DNA of 24,000 nt from Methylomagnum ishizawai (GTDB lineage Bacteria > Pseudomonadota > Gammaproteobacteria > Methylococcales > Methylococcaceae), in NCBI RefSeq assembly GCF_900155475.1, contig NZ_FXAM01000001.1:2776881-2800880 (forward strand), written 5' to 3'. How positions within the stretch are numbered: the first letter of the stretch is position 1; every line of letters starts with the position of its first letter. This document shows positions 1 through 8,106 of this stretch, in pieces. Below the pieces are notes generated by a model that had not been told where the DNA came from, did not search any database, and worked only from the letters and a program-made list of their open reading frames with translations. A program made the translations under genes and the position numbers.

Positions 1-472
1 GCTTACGGATTTTCTTGGGTTTTTGCTCCGGGTGTTCTCCGGTCGCCGCCGTCGCCGTTTCACGCCCCACCATGCCGCCACCTCGTGTCTGGATTGGGGG
101 CGATATTACCAGAGGGCGGGGAGCGCTTCAGTCGTGCCACGCTGAAGCCATACGGCAACGCCTTATCCGACGGCCCGGCCCACGCCATAGGCGAATCAGC
201 CGGGCCACAGGAAAATCTCCCGACCTGCCTCCCCATAGAGATGCTTGATGCCTGAATCGCCGGAAAAACACCATAAATCGGATACAGCCCATTTCGGAAG
301 CGCTGTACCGGACCACTATTCATCGCCTTTTTGATGTGCCAGATTAACTTTCGATAATCACTTTCCCCCCAAGCGCACCCTGGGGGATATGGAACAGGAT
401 TCGGAACGCGCCATCCCCTAGAGCGCGGATGAGGCTAGCGGCCCCAACGGGCCATCATATCGGAGCATACAG

Positions 473-3103
473 ATGACACATCAGCAACCAGCCCCACGGG
501 CGCGACGGTCGGCCACCTGGGTTTTCCTGGCCGGCCTCGCGGGTTTCGGCAGCGCGCAGGCGGCGGTCAACGTCTTCGAGCGCAGCTACGACCCATATCG
601 GACCGGCGCCAACACCGCCGAAACCACCCTCACCCCGGCCAATGTCAAGGCCGACACCAACCAATTCCACAAACGCTTCGCGCTCAAGGTGGATGGCAAG
701 ATCGAGGGCTCGCCGCTCTATGCGTCCCAGGTCAACATCGGCGGCGGCCTCCACAACGTGGTCTATGTCGCCACCATGCACAACACCGTGTATGCCTTCG
801 ACGCCGACAGCGGTGCCCAACTCTCGACCCGCTGGCTGGGCGCCCCGGTCACCGGCAACGATCTCCACACTCTCAAGCCCTTCACCATCCATGGCGAATG
901 GGGCATCGCCAGCACCCCGGTCATCGATCCCGCCACCGGCACTTTATATGTGGTGCGCTGGGGCTATGAAAACGGCACCAGCGGCCCGACCTATCGCTTG
1001 TTCGGGCTGGACATCGGCAACCTCGCCAACGAAAAATTTCCCTCGGTACGGATCGACGGCTACAGCAAGAACGGCGTCGGCTTCGACCGCTACCGCCAGA
1101 TGCAGCGGGCCGGTCTGGCCCTGGCCAAAAAGCCGAATGGTGCCAAGGCCGTGGTCATCGCCTTCGGCGGCGGCGAGGGCCAGAACACGGCGGCGGGCTG
1201 GGTGGTCGCCTTCGACACCGCCAAGCTGCCCCAGGGCAAAGCTTCCCACGATGTCTGGTGTTCCAGCCCCAACAACGGCTCCGGCAGCGGCGGCGGGGCC
1301 GGGATATGGATGGCGAACGCCGCGCCCGCCATCGACGACAACGGCGATATCTATGTCGCCACCGGCAACGGTCCCTACAACCCGGCCTTCGGGGCCGACC
1401 AACTCGGCGAAAGCGCGGTGCGGCTGGTGTGGAATCCCGGCGATCCCGGCGCGTTGGCGGTGGCCGATTGGTTCACGCCCTTCCTCGACCGCGACCGCGA
1501 CGCCGCCCACAAGGATCAAGATTTATCGGCAGGCGGCGTGGTCGCCCTGCCGGAGGGCGGCGGGCTGATCGCCGGCGGCAAGGACGGCGTGTACTACCAC
1601 ATCCACCGCGGCGGCATGGGCCAGCGCGATTACTCCAAGCTGATCGACCCGCCCTTCGTCGCCACCTTCGATTACCAACCTTGGAACGGCCACGGCTCGC
1701 TGTTCGACGACCTGAACCAGATCACCTCGACCGATCCCTTCACCATCGGCCATGTGGACGGTGGCCGCACCCCGCATATCCACGGCACCGGGGTCTATCA
1801 CAACAACCTGCTGTTCGTGCAGGGCGAGAACAACCAAGTGCGGGTGTTCGCCAAGAACAGCGGTCATTTCGGCGCCAGCCCCCTGGCGAAAGGCACGGAA
1901 ACCGCCTCCTGGGGCACCGGCTCGCCGGGCGGGATGCCCGGCGGCATCCTCTCGCTATCGGCCAACGGCACCCAGAACGCCATCCTCTGGGTGAACCAGG
2001 CCGCGGGCAACCTGCCCGGCGACCCCGCCGCCAATATCGCCCCCACGCCGAACATCCTCCGCGCCTACGATGTGTCGAGCGCGGTCGGCGGCACCCTGCA
2101 AATGATATGGGACAGCGAGATGGAGCCGAACGACCACGTCGGCGCAGCGACCAAATTCGCCCCGCCCCTGGTAGCCAACGGCAAGGTCTACATGGCGACC
2201 TACGACAACCAAGTGGTGGTCTATGGCCTGGGTGCCGCGTCGCCGACCCCGAAGCGGGATATCCGCCGCACCGTGGTATTCATCTACGCCCAGACCCAAT
2301 CTGGCCAGGACATGTTCGTGCGGGGCGGGAGCCAGGGCGGTTCCCCCATCCGCATCACCCACCGCAACTGGCTGAACGCCCGCACCAATGTCTACCGCTG
2401 GGGCGACGCTTATCTGGACTGGAACGGCGGCGAACCCGGCCAGGCCCAGCCCGGCGGCGGTTTAGGCGGTGGTTCGCCGGTGGACTGGACCACCAGCGCG
2501 GCCCAGGGCCAGAACCAACCCTATGTGTGGATGGCGGGCTATGGCATCGCCAACGAAAACAACTTCGGGATGCACTACTGGATGCTCGATGCCGACATGG
2601 ATTGCGAGCAGGCGTTCGACGATGGCAAAGGCCATAAGTGGTTCGAGCTGAAGGGCTTCATCGTCACCACGCTCAACAACGCCGTGTCGCCGACGCCGGG
2701 CTGGGAAGGCGATATCTATCAGACGGGCACGCCCTACCCTTCCATCAACCACATGGGCCAGTGCGGGATGGTGAATGTGTTCGTGGCGAACTTCCCCGGA
2801 CGGCCCGCCAATCTGGACCCGAACTCGGCCCAGTTCTTCGCGCCCAGCTATACCTACCTCGCGCCGCTGGACGACCGCAAGGCCGCGGCGGACGTGCTGG
2901 AAAAAACGCCCTGCGTGGCTCCAGGCGTGGAGAAGCGCTGTGTCGGCAATCTGGCCCAGACCTGCCAGACCGTGGAGGGCGGGAAATATTTCCGCACCGC
3001 GCAGAACTGTAATACGTCCTCGGTGGGCGGGAATTTCGTGCAGATGTGCCAGCGCTCGACCGGCCAATGCTGCACGCCCGGTGCCGGGGGAATTTGCCAG
3101 TAA
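473..3103 (+). CDS. Secreted PQQ-like beta-propeller repeat protein with a Cys-rich C-terminal extension
   Basis: 876-aa ORF with strong GC3 bias and a GGAG about 9 nt upstream of the ATG. The N-terminus looks like a signal peptide (RRSATWVFLAGLAGFGSAQA). Repeated motifs such as VYVATMHNTVYAFDADSG and IYVATGNG are typical of PQQ/BamB-like propeller blades. The last ~70 aa contain many Cys (CVAPGVEKRCVGNLAQTCQ...CCTPGAGGICQ). The family call is by motif recollection only. Confidence 0.75.
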   Translation: MTHQQPAPRARRSATWVFLAGLAGFGSAQAAVNVFERSYDPYRTGANTAETTLTPANVKADTNQFHKRFALKVDGKIEGSPLYASQVNIGGGLHNVVYVATMHNTVYAFDADSGAQLSTRWLGAPVTGNDLHTLKPFTIHGEWGIASTPVIDPATGTLYVVRWGYENGTSGPTYRLFGLDIGNLANEKFPSVRIDGYSKNGVGFDRYRQMQRAGLALAKKPNGAKAVVIAFGGGEGQNTAAGWVVAFDTAKLPQGKASHDVWCSSPNNGSGSGGGAGIWMANAAPAIDDNGDIYVATGNGPYNPAFGADQLGESAVRLVWNPGDPGALAVADWFTPFLDRDRDAAHKDQDLSAGGVVALPEGGGLIAGGKDGVYYHIHRGGMGQRDYSKLIDPPFVATFDYQPWNGHGSLFDDLNQITSTDPFTIGHVDGGRTPHIHGTGVYHNNLLFVQGENNQVRVFAKNSGHFGASPLAKGTETASWGTGSPGGMPGGILSLSANGTQNAILWVNQAAGNLPGDPAANIAPTPNILRAYDVSSAVGGTLQMIWDSEMEPNDHVGAATKFAPPLVANGKVYMATYDNQVVVYGLGAASPTPKRDIRRTVVFIYAQTQSGQDMFVRGGSQGGSPIRITHRNWLNARTNVYRWGDAYLDWNGGEPGQAQPGGGLGGGSPVDWTTSAAQGQNQPYVWMAGYGIANENNFGMHYWMLDADMDCEQAFDDGKGHKWFELKGFIVTTLNNAVSPTPGWEGDIYQTGTPYPSINHMGQCGMVNVFVANFPGRPANLDPNSAQFFAPSYTYLAPLDDRKAAADVLEKTPCVAPGVEKRCVGNLAQTCQTVEGGKYFRTAQNCNTSSVGGNFVQMCQRSTGQCCTPGAGGICQ

Positions 3104-3318
3104 GCCGCCGACCGGGGTAGGTCCGAAGCGGCGGGTTGCTCCACGACCCGCCGTGGCGGACGGTGGCGCCGCTGGGGCTGAACTTCACATTCCCTCCAAT
3201 TTGGCTCCATATTCGTCTTCCAGAATGGTCCGCGCTGGCCGGTAGCGCGGCCAAGCTTCCAAAACCACGCCCCCTCGCCGGGGTGCGGCACTCCCCTTCC
3301 CCCGAGGACACCCATCCC

Positions 3319-4182
3319 ATGACCATGCCACCCAATAACGATATTCCGGTACCGGCCCGGCGCCGGTTCTTACTCAACGGAGCGCGGGGCGTGGCCGGAT
3401 TGGCCGCGGCCGCAGCGCTCGGAACCCCCATGGGAACCGCCCTGGCCGCGAGCTACCCGCTTTCGCCCGTGCTGACCGAAGGCCCGTTCTGCCTGGACAA
3501 GAAACTGCTCCGCTCCGATGTCCGCAGCGATTCCACCACCGGGGAAACCACGACCGGCTTCCCTCTCGGCCTACGCATCCGGATCTTCACGCTGAACGCG
3601 AAGGGCAAGACCGTCCCGCTCGCGGGGGCCTATGTGGATATCTGGCATTGCAATGCCCTGGGTTATTACTCCGGCGAGACCAATAACGGTGCCTACGACG
3701 CCAGCACCGTGGATTGGCTGCGCGGCTACCAAGTGACCGATTCCAGGGGGCTGGTCAGGTTCGTTTCCATCTACCCCGGCTGGTACACCGGGCGCACGGT
3801 CCACATCCATGCCCGCATCCGCCTGTACGACGACGCGGGGAACGCCACCTACGACCAAGCCACGCAGATTTTCTTCGACGACGACCTGACCGATATCATC
3901 GCGGCCAAACCCCCCTACACCCACGATACCCAGGTGCGCACTTACAACGCGACCGATTCGATCTATAACGGCGCGTCCAACCATTCCGAAATCGACGGCG
4001 TCACCAGCGATGCCGGAGACGATCTACTAGCCACCACGACCCTGCTCCCCAAGCGTTGCAGCGCCTCGATCCGGCTCGTGATCGACACCAGCGAAGGCGT
4101 GGCCGGGTTGAATTGCCCGACCAGCGCGGACAATAGCGGCGGCGGGGGCGGCGGTGGCACGCCCCCGACACCGCCCTCCTGA
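3319..4182 (+). CDS. Tat-signal intradiol ring-cleavage dioxygenase-like protein
   Basis: The tracked ORF starts at 3136. I prefer the ATG at 3319 (MTMPPNNDIPVPARRRFLLNGARG...ALA) because it gives a twin-arginine RRRF signal. The body has motifs recalled from the intradiol dioxygenase family (DIWHCNALGYYSG, YPGWYTGRTVHIHARI). The C-terminus is a Gly/Pro tail (GGGGGGGTPPTPPS). Confidence 0.7.
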   Translation: MTMPPNNDIPVPARRRFLLNGARGVAGLAAAAALGTPMGTALAASYPLSPVLTEGPFCLDKKLLRSDVRSDSTTGETTTGFPLGLRIRIFTLNAKGKTVPLAGAYVDIWHCNALGYYSGETNNGAYDASTVDWLRGYQVTDSRGLVRFVSIYPGWYTGRTVHIHARIRLYDDAGNATYDQATQIFFDDDLTDIIAAKPPYTHDTQVRTYNATDSIYNGASNHSEIDGVTSDAGDDLLATTTLLPKRCSASIRLVIDTSEGVAGLNCPTSADNSGGGGGGGTPPTPPS

Positions 4183-4205
4183 AGCGCCAGCGCCGCCGGG
4201 CAACA

Positions 4206-4237
4206 AAACAAGGGTTGGCCCATGACAACCCTTGTTT
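4206..4237. terminator. Hairpin between the convergent dioxygenase-like gene and rtcA, a putative bidirectional terminator
   Basis: AAACAAGGGTTG (4206-4217) and CAACCCTTGTTT (4226-4237) are exact reverse complements, separated by an 8-nt loop. The hairpin lies between the two stop codons at 4182 and 4246. The A/T tracts are part of the stem rather than long flanking runs. Confidence 0.55.
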
Positions 4238-4245
4238 CCCGGTCC

Positions 4246-5283
4246 TCAACCATCCCGTCCCACCCCGACCCGAAACGCCCCATCATCCCGCCGTTCCATC
4301 CGAATCTCCACGTCTAAGAAGCGCCGGATCACCCCGGCATTGGTGATAGCGTGCTGGCTCGGCGTCCCCGTGGTGAACGACCCGGCCCCGGCCAGGGCCA
4401 AGGGCAGCAACAATTGATCGGCCAGATACGGACCCACCGCCGCTCCCGCCGCGAGATAACGCCGCGCCTGCTCGACGGTCCGCTCGGCCACGGTTTCCGC
4501 CGCCACGCCCTTTTCCGCGAAGCCGGAAAACACCTCGGTCACTTGTTCATGTTCCAAGGTCAGCAACAAGGCGTTGCCCGGCCCCTGGTCGTTGGCGAGA
4601 CCGCGCAGGTGGAGTTGTTCGGCGTTCCAACCCAGGCGCTTGCCGACCACGTCCAGTTCCCGGCGGGCAATGTGGACCGGCAGGGCGGCGATGAAGCTTT
4701 CCGCGTAGGCTTGGACGCGGGGGCCGCGTTCCTCCAGGACCAAGGGCCGCAGCCGGGGCGCGGGCTCGATGTGGGCGCTGAAACCGCCGCCGCCCGCCGG
4801 ATAGAAACCGAAGCGCTGGAGTTCCAGGGACACCTCCGCGCCCATGCGCCGCAGCAGCGGCAGGAAGGCCCGCTCCAGGAAATGGAACGGCGGCGACATG
4901 GGGTTGTGGGTGCCGCCCTGGAGTTCGACCCGGCTCGGCGCATCGGCCCGCAGCAAAGCCGGGAGGACGGTCTGGAACACCAGGGTACAGCTTCCCGCCG
5001 TGCCGATGGCGAAGCGGTAGTCGCCGCCCCGGACCAGCCCCGGCGCGAAGCCCAAGGTTTGCGAACCGGCCCGGTCGCCTTCGACCGTGGCCCCGCAAAT
5101 CTCCGCCGCCGCCCGCACGGCGGTCAGGTGTTGGCGCATCAGCCCTGGGGTTTTGCGCTTGGCGCGGATATTGACAATGCGGAACGGCGTCCCGGTACAC
5201 AGAGACAGCGACAGCGCCGTCCGCAATACCTGTCCACCACCCTCGCCTTCCGAACCGTCCAGTTCCAAGTATTCATTCACCAT
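4246..5283 (-). CDS. rtcA: RNA 3'-terminal phosphate cyclase
   Basis: 345-aa ORF. The N-terminus LELDGSEGEGGGQVLRTALSLS...GLMRQHLTAVRAAAEICGATVEG and later RGGDYRFAIGTAGSCTLVFQTVLPAL and GPYLADQLLLPLALAG align closely with E. coli RtcA as I recall it. A GGGGG Shine-Dalgarno lies 6 nt upstream of the ATG. Confidence 0.95.
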   Translation of the reverse strand: MVNEYLELDGSEGEGGGQVLRTALSLSLCTGTPFRIVNIRAKRKTPGLMRQHLTAVRAAAEICGATVEGDRAGSQTLGFAPGLVRGGDYRFAIGTAGSCTLVFQTVLPALLRADAPSRVELQGGTHNPMSPPFHFLERAFLPLLRRMGAEVSLELQRFGFYPAGGGGFSAHIEPAPRLRPLVLEERGPRVQAYAESFIAALPVHIARRELDVVGKRLGWNAEQLHLRGLANDQGPGNALLLTLEHEQVTEVFSGFAEKGVAAETVAERTVEQARRYLAAGAAVGPYLADQLLLPLALAGAGSFTTGTPSQHAITNAGVIRRFLDVEIRMERRDDGAFRVGVGRDG

Positions 5284-5318
5284 TTCATGCCCCCGGAATA
5301 TACTTCACATCATAATCC

Positions 5319-5348
5319 TTGACCATCGGGATTATGCCGCATTAAAGT
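5319..5348 (+). promoter_or_regulatory. Candidate sigma70 promoter for the DUF1152-like gene
   Basis: TTGACC (5319-5324), an 18-nt spacer, then TAAAGT (5343-5348), about 36 nt upstream of the ATG at 5384. It sits in the A/T-rich divergent intergenic region shared with rtcA. Motif match only. Confidence 0.25.
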
Positions 5349-5383
5349 CCACATCGAACAAAACGCTGCTTATAGGTTTTAAA

Positions 5384-6325
5384 ATGAAAATTCCCTTTTT
5401 CGACGCCTTATCGGACTCGAAATCCATCCTGATCGCGGGCGCGGGTGGTGGTTTCGACGTGGCAAGTGGAATACCCATCTATTTATATCTACGCAAACTC
5501 GGCAAGCCCGTGGTTCTGGCCAACTTATCCTTCACCGCATTACCGTCCACGGACAGCGATGAAATCTGTCCAGGCACCTATCAGATCACCCAAGAATCGC
5601 GGGATATACCTTACTTTCCAGAGAAATTCATCCTGGAATGGCTAAGCGCCAGGGGCGAGAATCCCGATATCTACGCTTGCTCCAACAAGCTGGGGGTTAT
5701 CCCGCTCGGCCATGCCTATTCGGTGATCGCCCAGAAACACGGTATCGACACACTCATCCTGGTCGATGGCGGCACGGATAGCCTGATGTTCGGCGATGAA
5801 GTAGGGGTCGGCACCATCGTCGAGGATGCCTGTTCCATCATCGCGGCGGCCAAAGTTCCCATCGCCCATCGCTATCTGGTCGCGACCGGGTTTGGTGTCG
5901 ATTATTTCCACGACCTCAATCACCATGCCTGCCTGGAAAATATCGCCACCCTTACCAGGGACGGCGCATACCTGGGTGCCATCGCCTTGACTCAGGATAT
6001 GGACGAGGGACGGGGTTATTTGGAGTTGGTGGAATACCTGAACCGGCGGCTGCCGGGATATATGAGTATCGTCGCCAATTCCATAGCCAGCGCCATCCGG
6101 GGTGAATTCGGGAATTTCCATGTCACCCCCAGGACGAAAGGCAGCGAGTTGTTCATCAATCCCTTTATGGGGTTATTTTGGTTTTTCCAACTACGCGGCG
6201 TGGCTGCGCGGATCGCGTTCGCTTCCAAAATCGACACCAGCGAGACCATGCACGAAGTGGCCCAGGGTTTTCGGCTATTCCGCGCCATGACCATCCGGCG
6301 CACACCGAAAAATATCCCCCTCTGA
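5384..6325 (+). CDS. Uncharacterised glycine-loop protein (DUF1152-like by recollection), opposite strand between rtcB and rtcA
   Basis: The tracked ORF starts at 5087, but that upstream part overlaps rtcA. I prefer the ATG at 5384 (MKIPFFDALSDSKSILIAGAGGGFDVASGIP...). A beta-strand followed by a GAGGGFD loop, and a later LILVDGGTDSLMFGDE motif, resemble what I remember of DUF1152 (PF06626) proteins. My hand count over five 60-nt lines gives about 53% GC, against about 60% or more in rtcB and rtcA. Confidence 0.7.
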   Translation: MKIPFFDALSDSKSILIAGAGGGFDVASGIPIYLYLRKLGKPVVLANLSFTALPSTDSDEICPGTYQITQESRDIPYFPEKFILEWLSARGENPDIYACSNKLGVIPLGHAYSVIAQKHGIDTLILVDGGTDSLMFGDEVGVGTIVEDACSIIAAAKVPIAHRYLVATGFGVDYFHDLNHHACLENIATLTRDGAYLGAIALTQDMDEGRGYLELVEYLNRRLPGYMSIVANSIASAIRGEFGNFHVTPRTKGSELFINPFMGLFWFFQLRGVAARIAFASKIDTSETMHEVAQGFRLFRAMTIRRTPKNIPL

Positions 6326-6335
6326 CGCGGCCCGC

Positions 6336-7556
6336 CTAACCCTTGACGCACACCACCTGCTTGAGGGTATGCACGATCTCCACCAAATCCGCCTGCGCCC
6401 GCATCACCGCGTCGATGTCCTTATAGGCCAGGGGAATCTCGTCGATCACATTCTTGTCCTTGCGGCATTCCACGCCTTCGGTGGCCTGGATTTGGTCGGC
6501 CACGCTGTAGCGGCGCTTGGCCTCGGAGCGCGACATCAAACGCCCCGCGCCGTGGCTGCACGAGCAGAACGACTGCGGCTCGCCCTTGCCGCGCACGATG
6601 TAGGACCGCGCCCCCATCGAACCGGGGATGATGCCGAGTTCGCCTTCCCGCGCCGACACCGCGCCCTTGCGGGTGACGAGGATGTTCTTGCCGAAATGGT
6701 GTTCGCGCTGCACGTAGTTGTGGTGGCAATTCACCGCCTCGACCTCGGCCTCGAACGGCTGGGGCATGATGCGGCGGATGGCCTCGACCACCTGACGCAT
6801 CATCAAGGCCCGGTTGCGGCGGGCGTAATCCTGCGCCCATTCCACCGCTTGCACATAGTCGGTGAAATGTTCGCTTTGCTGCGGGAAATAGGCCAAATCG
6901 GCATCCGGCAGGTTGATGAAATAGCGGCGCATGTCCTCCTTCGCCAGTTCGATGAACAGGTTGCCGATGGCGTTGCCGACGCCCCGCGAGCCCGAGTGCA
7001 GCATGAACCAAACTCGATCCACCTCGTCCAGGCAGACCTCGATGAAGTGATTGCCAGTGCCGAGCGTGCCCAGGTGGTTGCGGTTGTTGGTCTTGGCGAG
7101 CTTGGGGTATTTCGCGGTGATCTCGCGGAATTCCGGCTCCAGTTCGGCCCAGACTTCGTCCACCTCCGGCGGCGGATTCGTCCAGGCGCCCACATCGCGG
7201 CTGCCGGGCGTGCGGCCATGGGGGACGGCTTTTTCGATGGCCGTGCGCCAGCCATGCAGGTGGTCGGGCAGGTCGGCGGCGGTCAGCGAAGTGCGGGCGG
7301 CGATCATCCCGCAGCCGATATCGACCCCGACCGCCGCCGGGATGATGGCCCCGAGGGTCGGGATCACGCTGCCGATGGTGGAGCCCTTGCCGAGATGCAC
7401 GTCCGGCATCACCGCCAGGTGGCTGAAGATGAACGGCAGCCGGGCGATGTTGAAAAGCTGCTGCTTGGCTTCTTCCTCGACCGGGACGCCACGGGTCCAC
7501 ATCTTGATGTGGTGGCCTTGGGTGGGCTGGAGGACTTCGTAGGATTCGTGGTTCAT
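6336..7556 (-). CDS. rtcB: RNA-splicing ligase RtcB (3'-phosphate/5'-hydroxyl RNA ligase)
   Basis: 406-aa ORF. MWTRGVPVEEEAKQQL...PFIFSHLAVMPDVHLGKGSTIGSVIPT, GTLGTGNHFIEVCLDE, NCHHNYV, SFCSCSHGAGR and the C-terminal LKQVVCVKG are near-identical to E. coli RtcB as I recall it. Confidence 0.97.
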   Translation of the reverse strand: MNHESYEVLQPTQGHHIKMWTRGVPVEEEAKQQLFNIARLPFIFSHLAVMPDVHLGKGSTIGSVIPTLGAIIPAAVGVDIGCGMIAARTSLTAADLPDHLHGWRTAIEKAVPHGRTPGSRDVGAWTNPPPEVDEVWAELEPEFREITAKYPKLAKTNNRNHLGTLGTGNHFIEVCLDEVDRVWFMLHSGSRGVGNAIGNLFIELAKEDMRRYFINLPDADLAYFPQQSEHFTDYVQAVEWAQDYARRNRALMMRQVVEAIRRIMPQPFEAEVEAVNCHHNYVQREHHFGKNILVTRKGAVSAREGELGIIPGSMGARSYIVRGKGEPQSFCSCSHGAGRLMSRSEAKRRYSVADQIQATEGVECRKDKNVIDEIPLAYKDIDAVMRAQADLVEIVHTLKQVVCVKG

Positions 7557-7580
7557 GGGCTTTCCCCTGGAATAAAAGGC

Positions 7581-7700
7581 GCGATGACAAGGGATGATGA
7601 AATTCCTATTCGCTACCGGCCATAGGCCGACCGGGACTTGAACCCGGAACCTGCGGATCGCTCCGCCGCTTTACCATGTAATTCCATCGGCATTCATCGC
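7581..7700 (-). ncRNA. Y-RNA-like module 6 (T-arm plus GNRA hairpin, degenerate D region)
   Basis: Minus-strand RNA: GCGAUGA-AUGCC-GAUGGAAUU-ACAUGGUAAAGC-GCGGA GCGA UCCGC-AGGUU-CCGGG UUCAAGU CCCGG-U-CGGCC UAU GGCCG-GUAGCGAAUAGG-AAUUUCAUC-AUCCCUUG-UCAUCGC. It ends 24 nt upstream of the rtcB ATG. Confidence 0.7.
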
Positions 7701-7711
7701 TAAAAAAGCTT

Positions 7712-7838
7712 GGGCGACAAGGGGTTGGTGAAACTTGCCCGGTGTTCTACCACTGAACTACGGTCCTATGGGTAGCGGGACCGACGGGGATCGAACCCGC
7801 GACTTCCGGGGTAGATGTAGTTCCACCCGCATTCGCCC
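7712..7838 (-). ncRNA. Y-RNA-like module 5 (permuted tRNA-like, YrlA-type topology)
   Basis: Minus-strand RNA: GGGCGA-AUGCG-GGUGGAAC-UACAUCUA-CCCGG-AAGUC-GCGGG UUCGAUC CCCGU-CGGUCC CGCUACCCAUA GGACCG-UA-GUUC AGUGGUA GAAC-A-CCGGG-CAA-GUUUCACC-AACCCCUUG-UCGCCC. CCGGG pairs with CCCGG as an anticodon-like stem that continues into the connector helix and the terminal stem. Confidence 0.8.
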
Positions 7839-7856
7839 AAAATTATCGAAAAAAGC

Positions 7857-7965
7857 GGCGCGACAAGGATCGGCAAGACTTCTGCTCTACCGACTGAGCT
7901 ACCGCGCCGAAGCACGGGCCGGGATCGAACCGGCGACATGAGGTAGTCCTGCCCGCATTCGCACC
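7857..7965 (-). ncRNA. Y-RNA-like module 4 (permuted tRNA-like)
   Basis: Minus-strand RNA: GGUGCGA-AUGCG-GGCAGGACU-ACCUCAUGUC-GCCGG UUCGAUC CCGGC-CCGUGC UUCG GCGCGG-UA-GCUC AGUCGGUA GAGC-AGA-AGUCUUGCC-GAUCCUUG-UCGCGCC. It has a canonical D-arm and T-arm. The acceptor stem is closed by a UUCG tetraloop, and a 9-bp connector takes the anticodon-stem position. Confidence 0.8.
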
Positions 7966-7985
7966 AAACAGCCATCAAAAAAGAT

Positions 7986-8106
7986 GGGCGACAAGGTGTG
8001 GTGAAACAAGGCGCTCTGGCCTCTGAGCTACGGTCCCGAAGGACCGGCGGGAATCGAACCCGCGACCTCCCGCGTGACAGGCGTGTAGTTCCACCGGCAT
8101 TCGCCC
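7986..8106 (-). ncRNA. Y-RNA-like module 3 (permuted tRNA-like, tRNA-Asp-related)
   Basis: Minus-strand RNA: GGGCGA-AUGCC-GGUGGAAC-UA-CACGC CUGUCAC GCGGG-AGGUC-GCGGG UUCGAUU CCCGC-CGGUCC UUCG GGACCG-UA-GCUC AGAGGCCA GAGC-G-CCUU-GUUUCACC-ACACCUUG-UCGCCC. The T-arm, a UUCG-capped acceptor stem and the D-arm are all present, in permuted order. Confidence 0.8.

Noticed and set aside
1-330. RNase P RNA or a cobalamin/FMN riboswitch at the left edge
   Set aside because: Only short matches were found: ACCCGGAGCAA to RNase P RNA and GAAAAUCUCCCGACCUGCC to the FMN or B12-box region. Core elements are absent on both strands, including GGAAAGUCCGGGC, GCCACUG and the full B12 box.
3136-3318. The upstream start (3136) for the dioxygenase-like gene, and likewise 5087 for the DUF1152-like gene and 12625 for flavodoxin
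   Set aside because: The N-terminal extensions are not protein-like, and the 5087 extension overlaps rtcA. The internal starts give a Tat signal, a family-like N-terminus or a flavodoxin-like N-terminus, each with a plausible ribosome-binding site.
642-3431. Long overlapping ORFs inside or antisense to the 876-aa gene, e.g. 642..1568(+), 1258..2637(+), 944..1519(-), 2462..3067(-), 2745..3431(-)
   Set aside because: Arg/Pro/Ala/Gly-rich translations are typical of off-frame reading in high-GC DNA. They are fully overlapped by a frame with clear protein-like motifs and GC3 bias.
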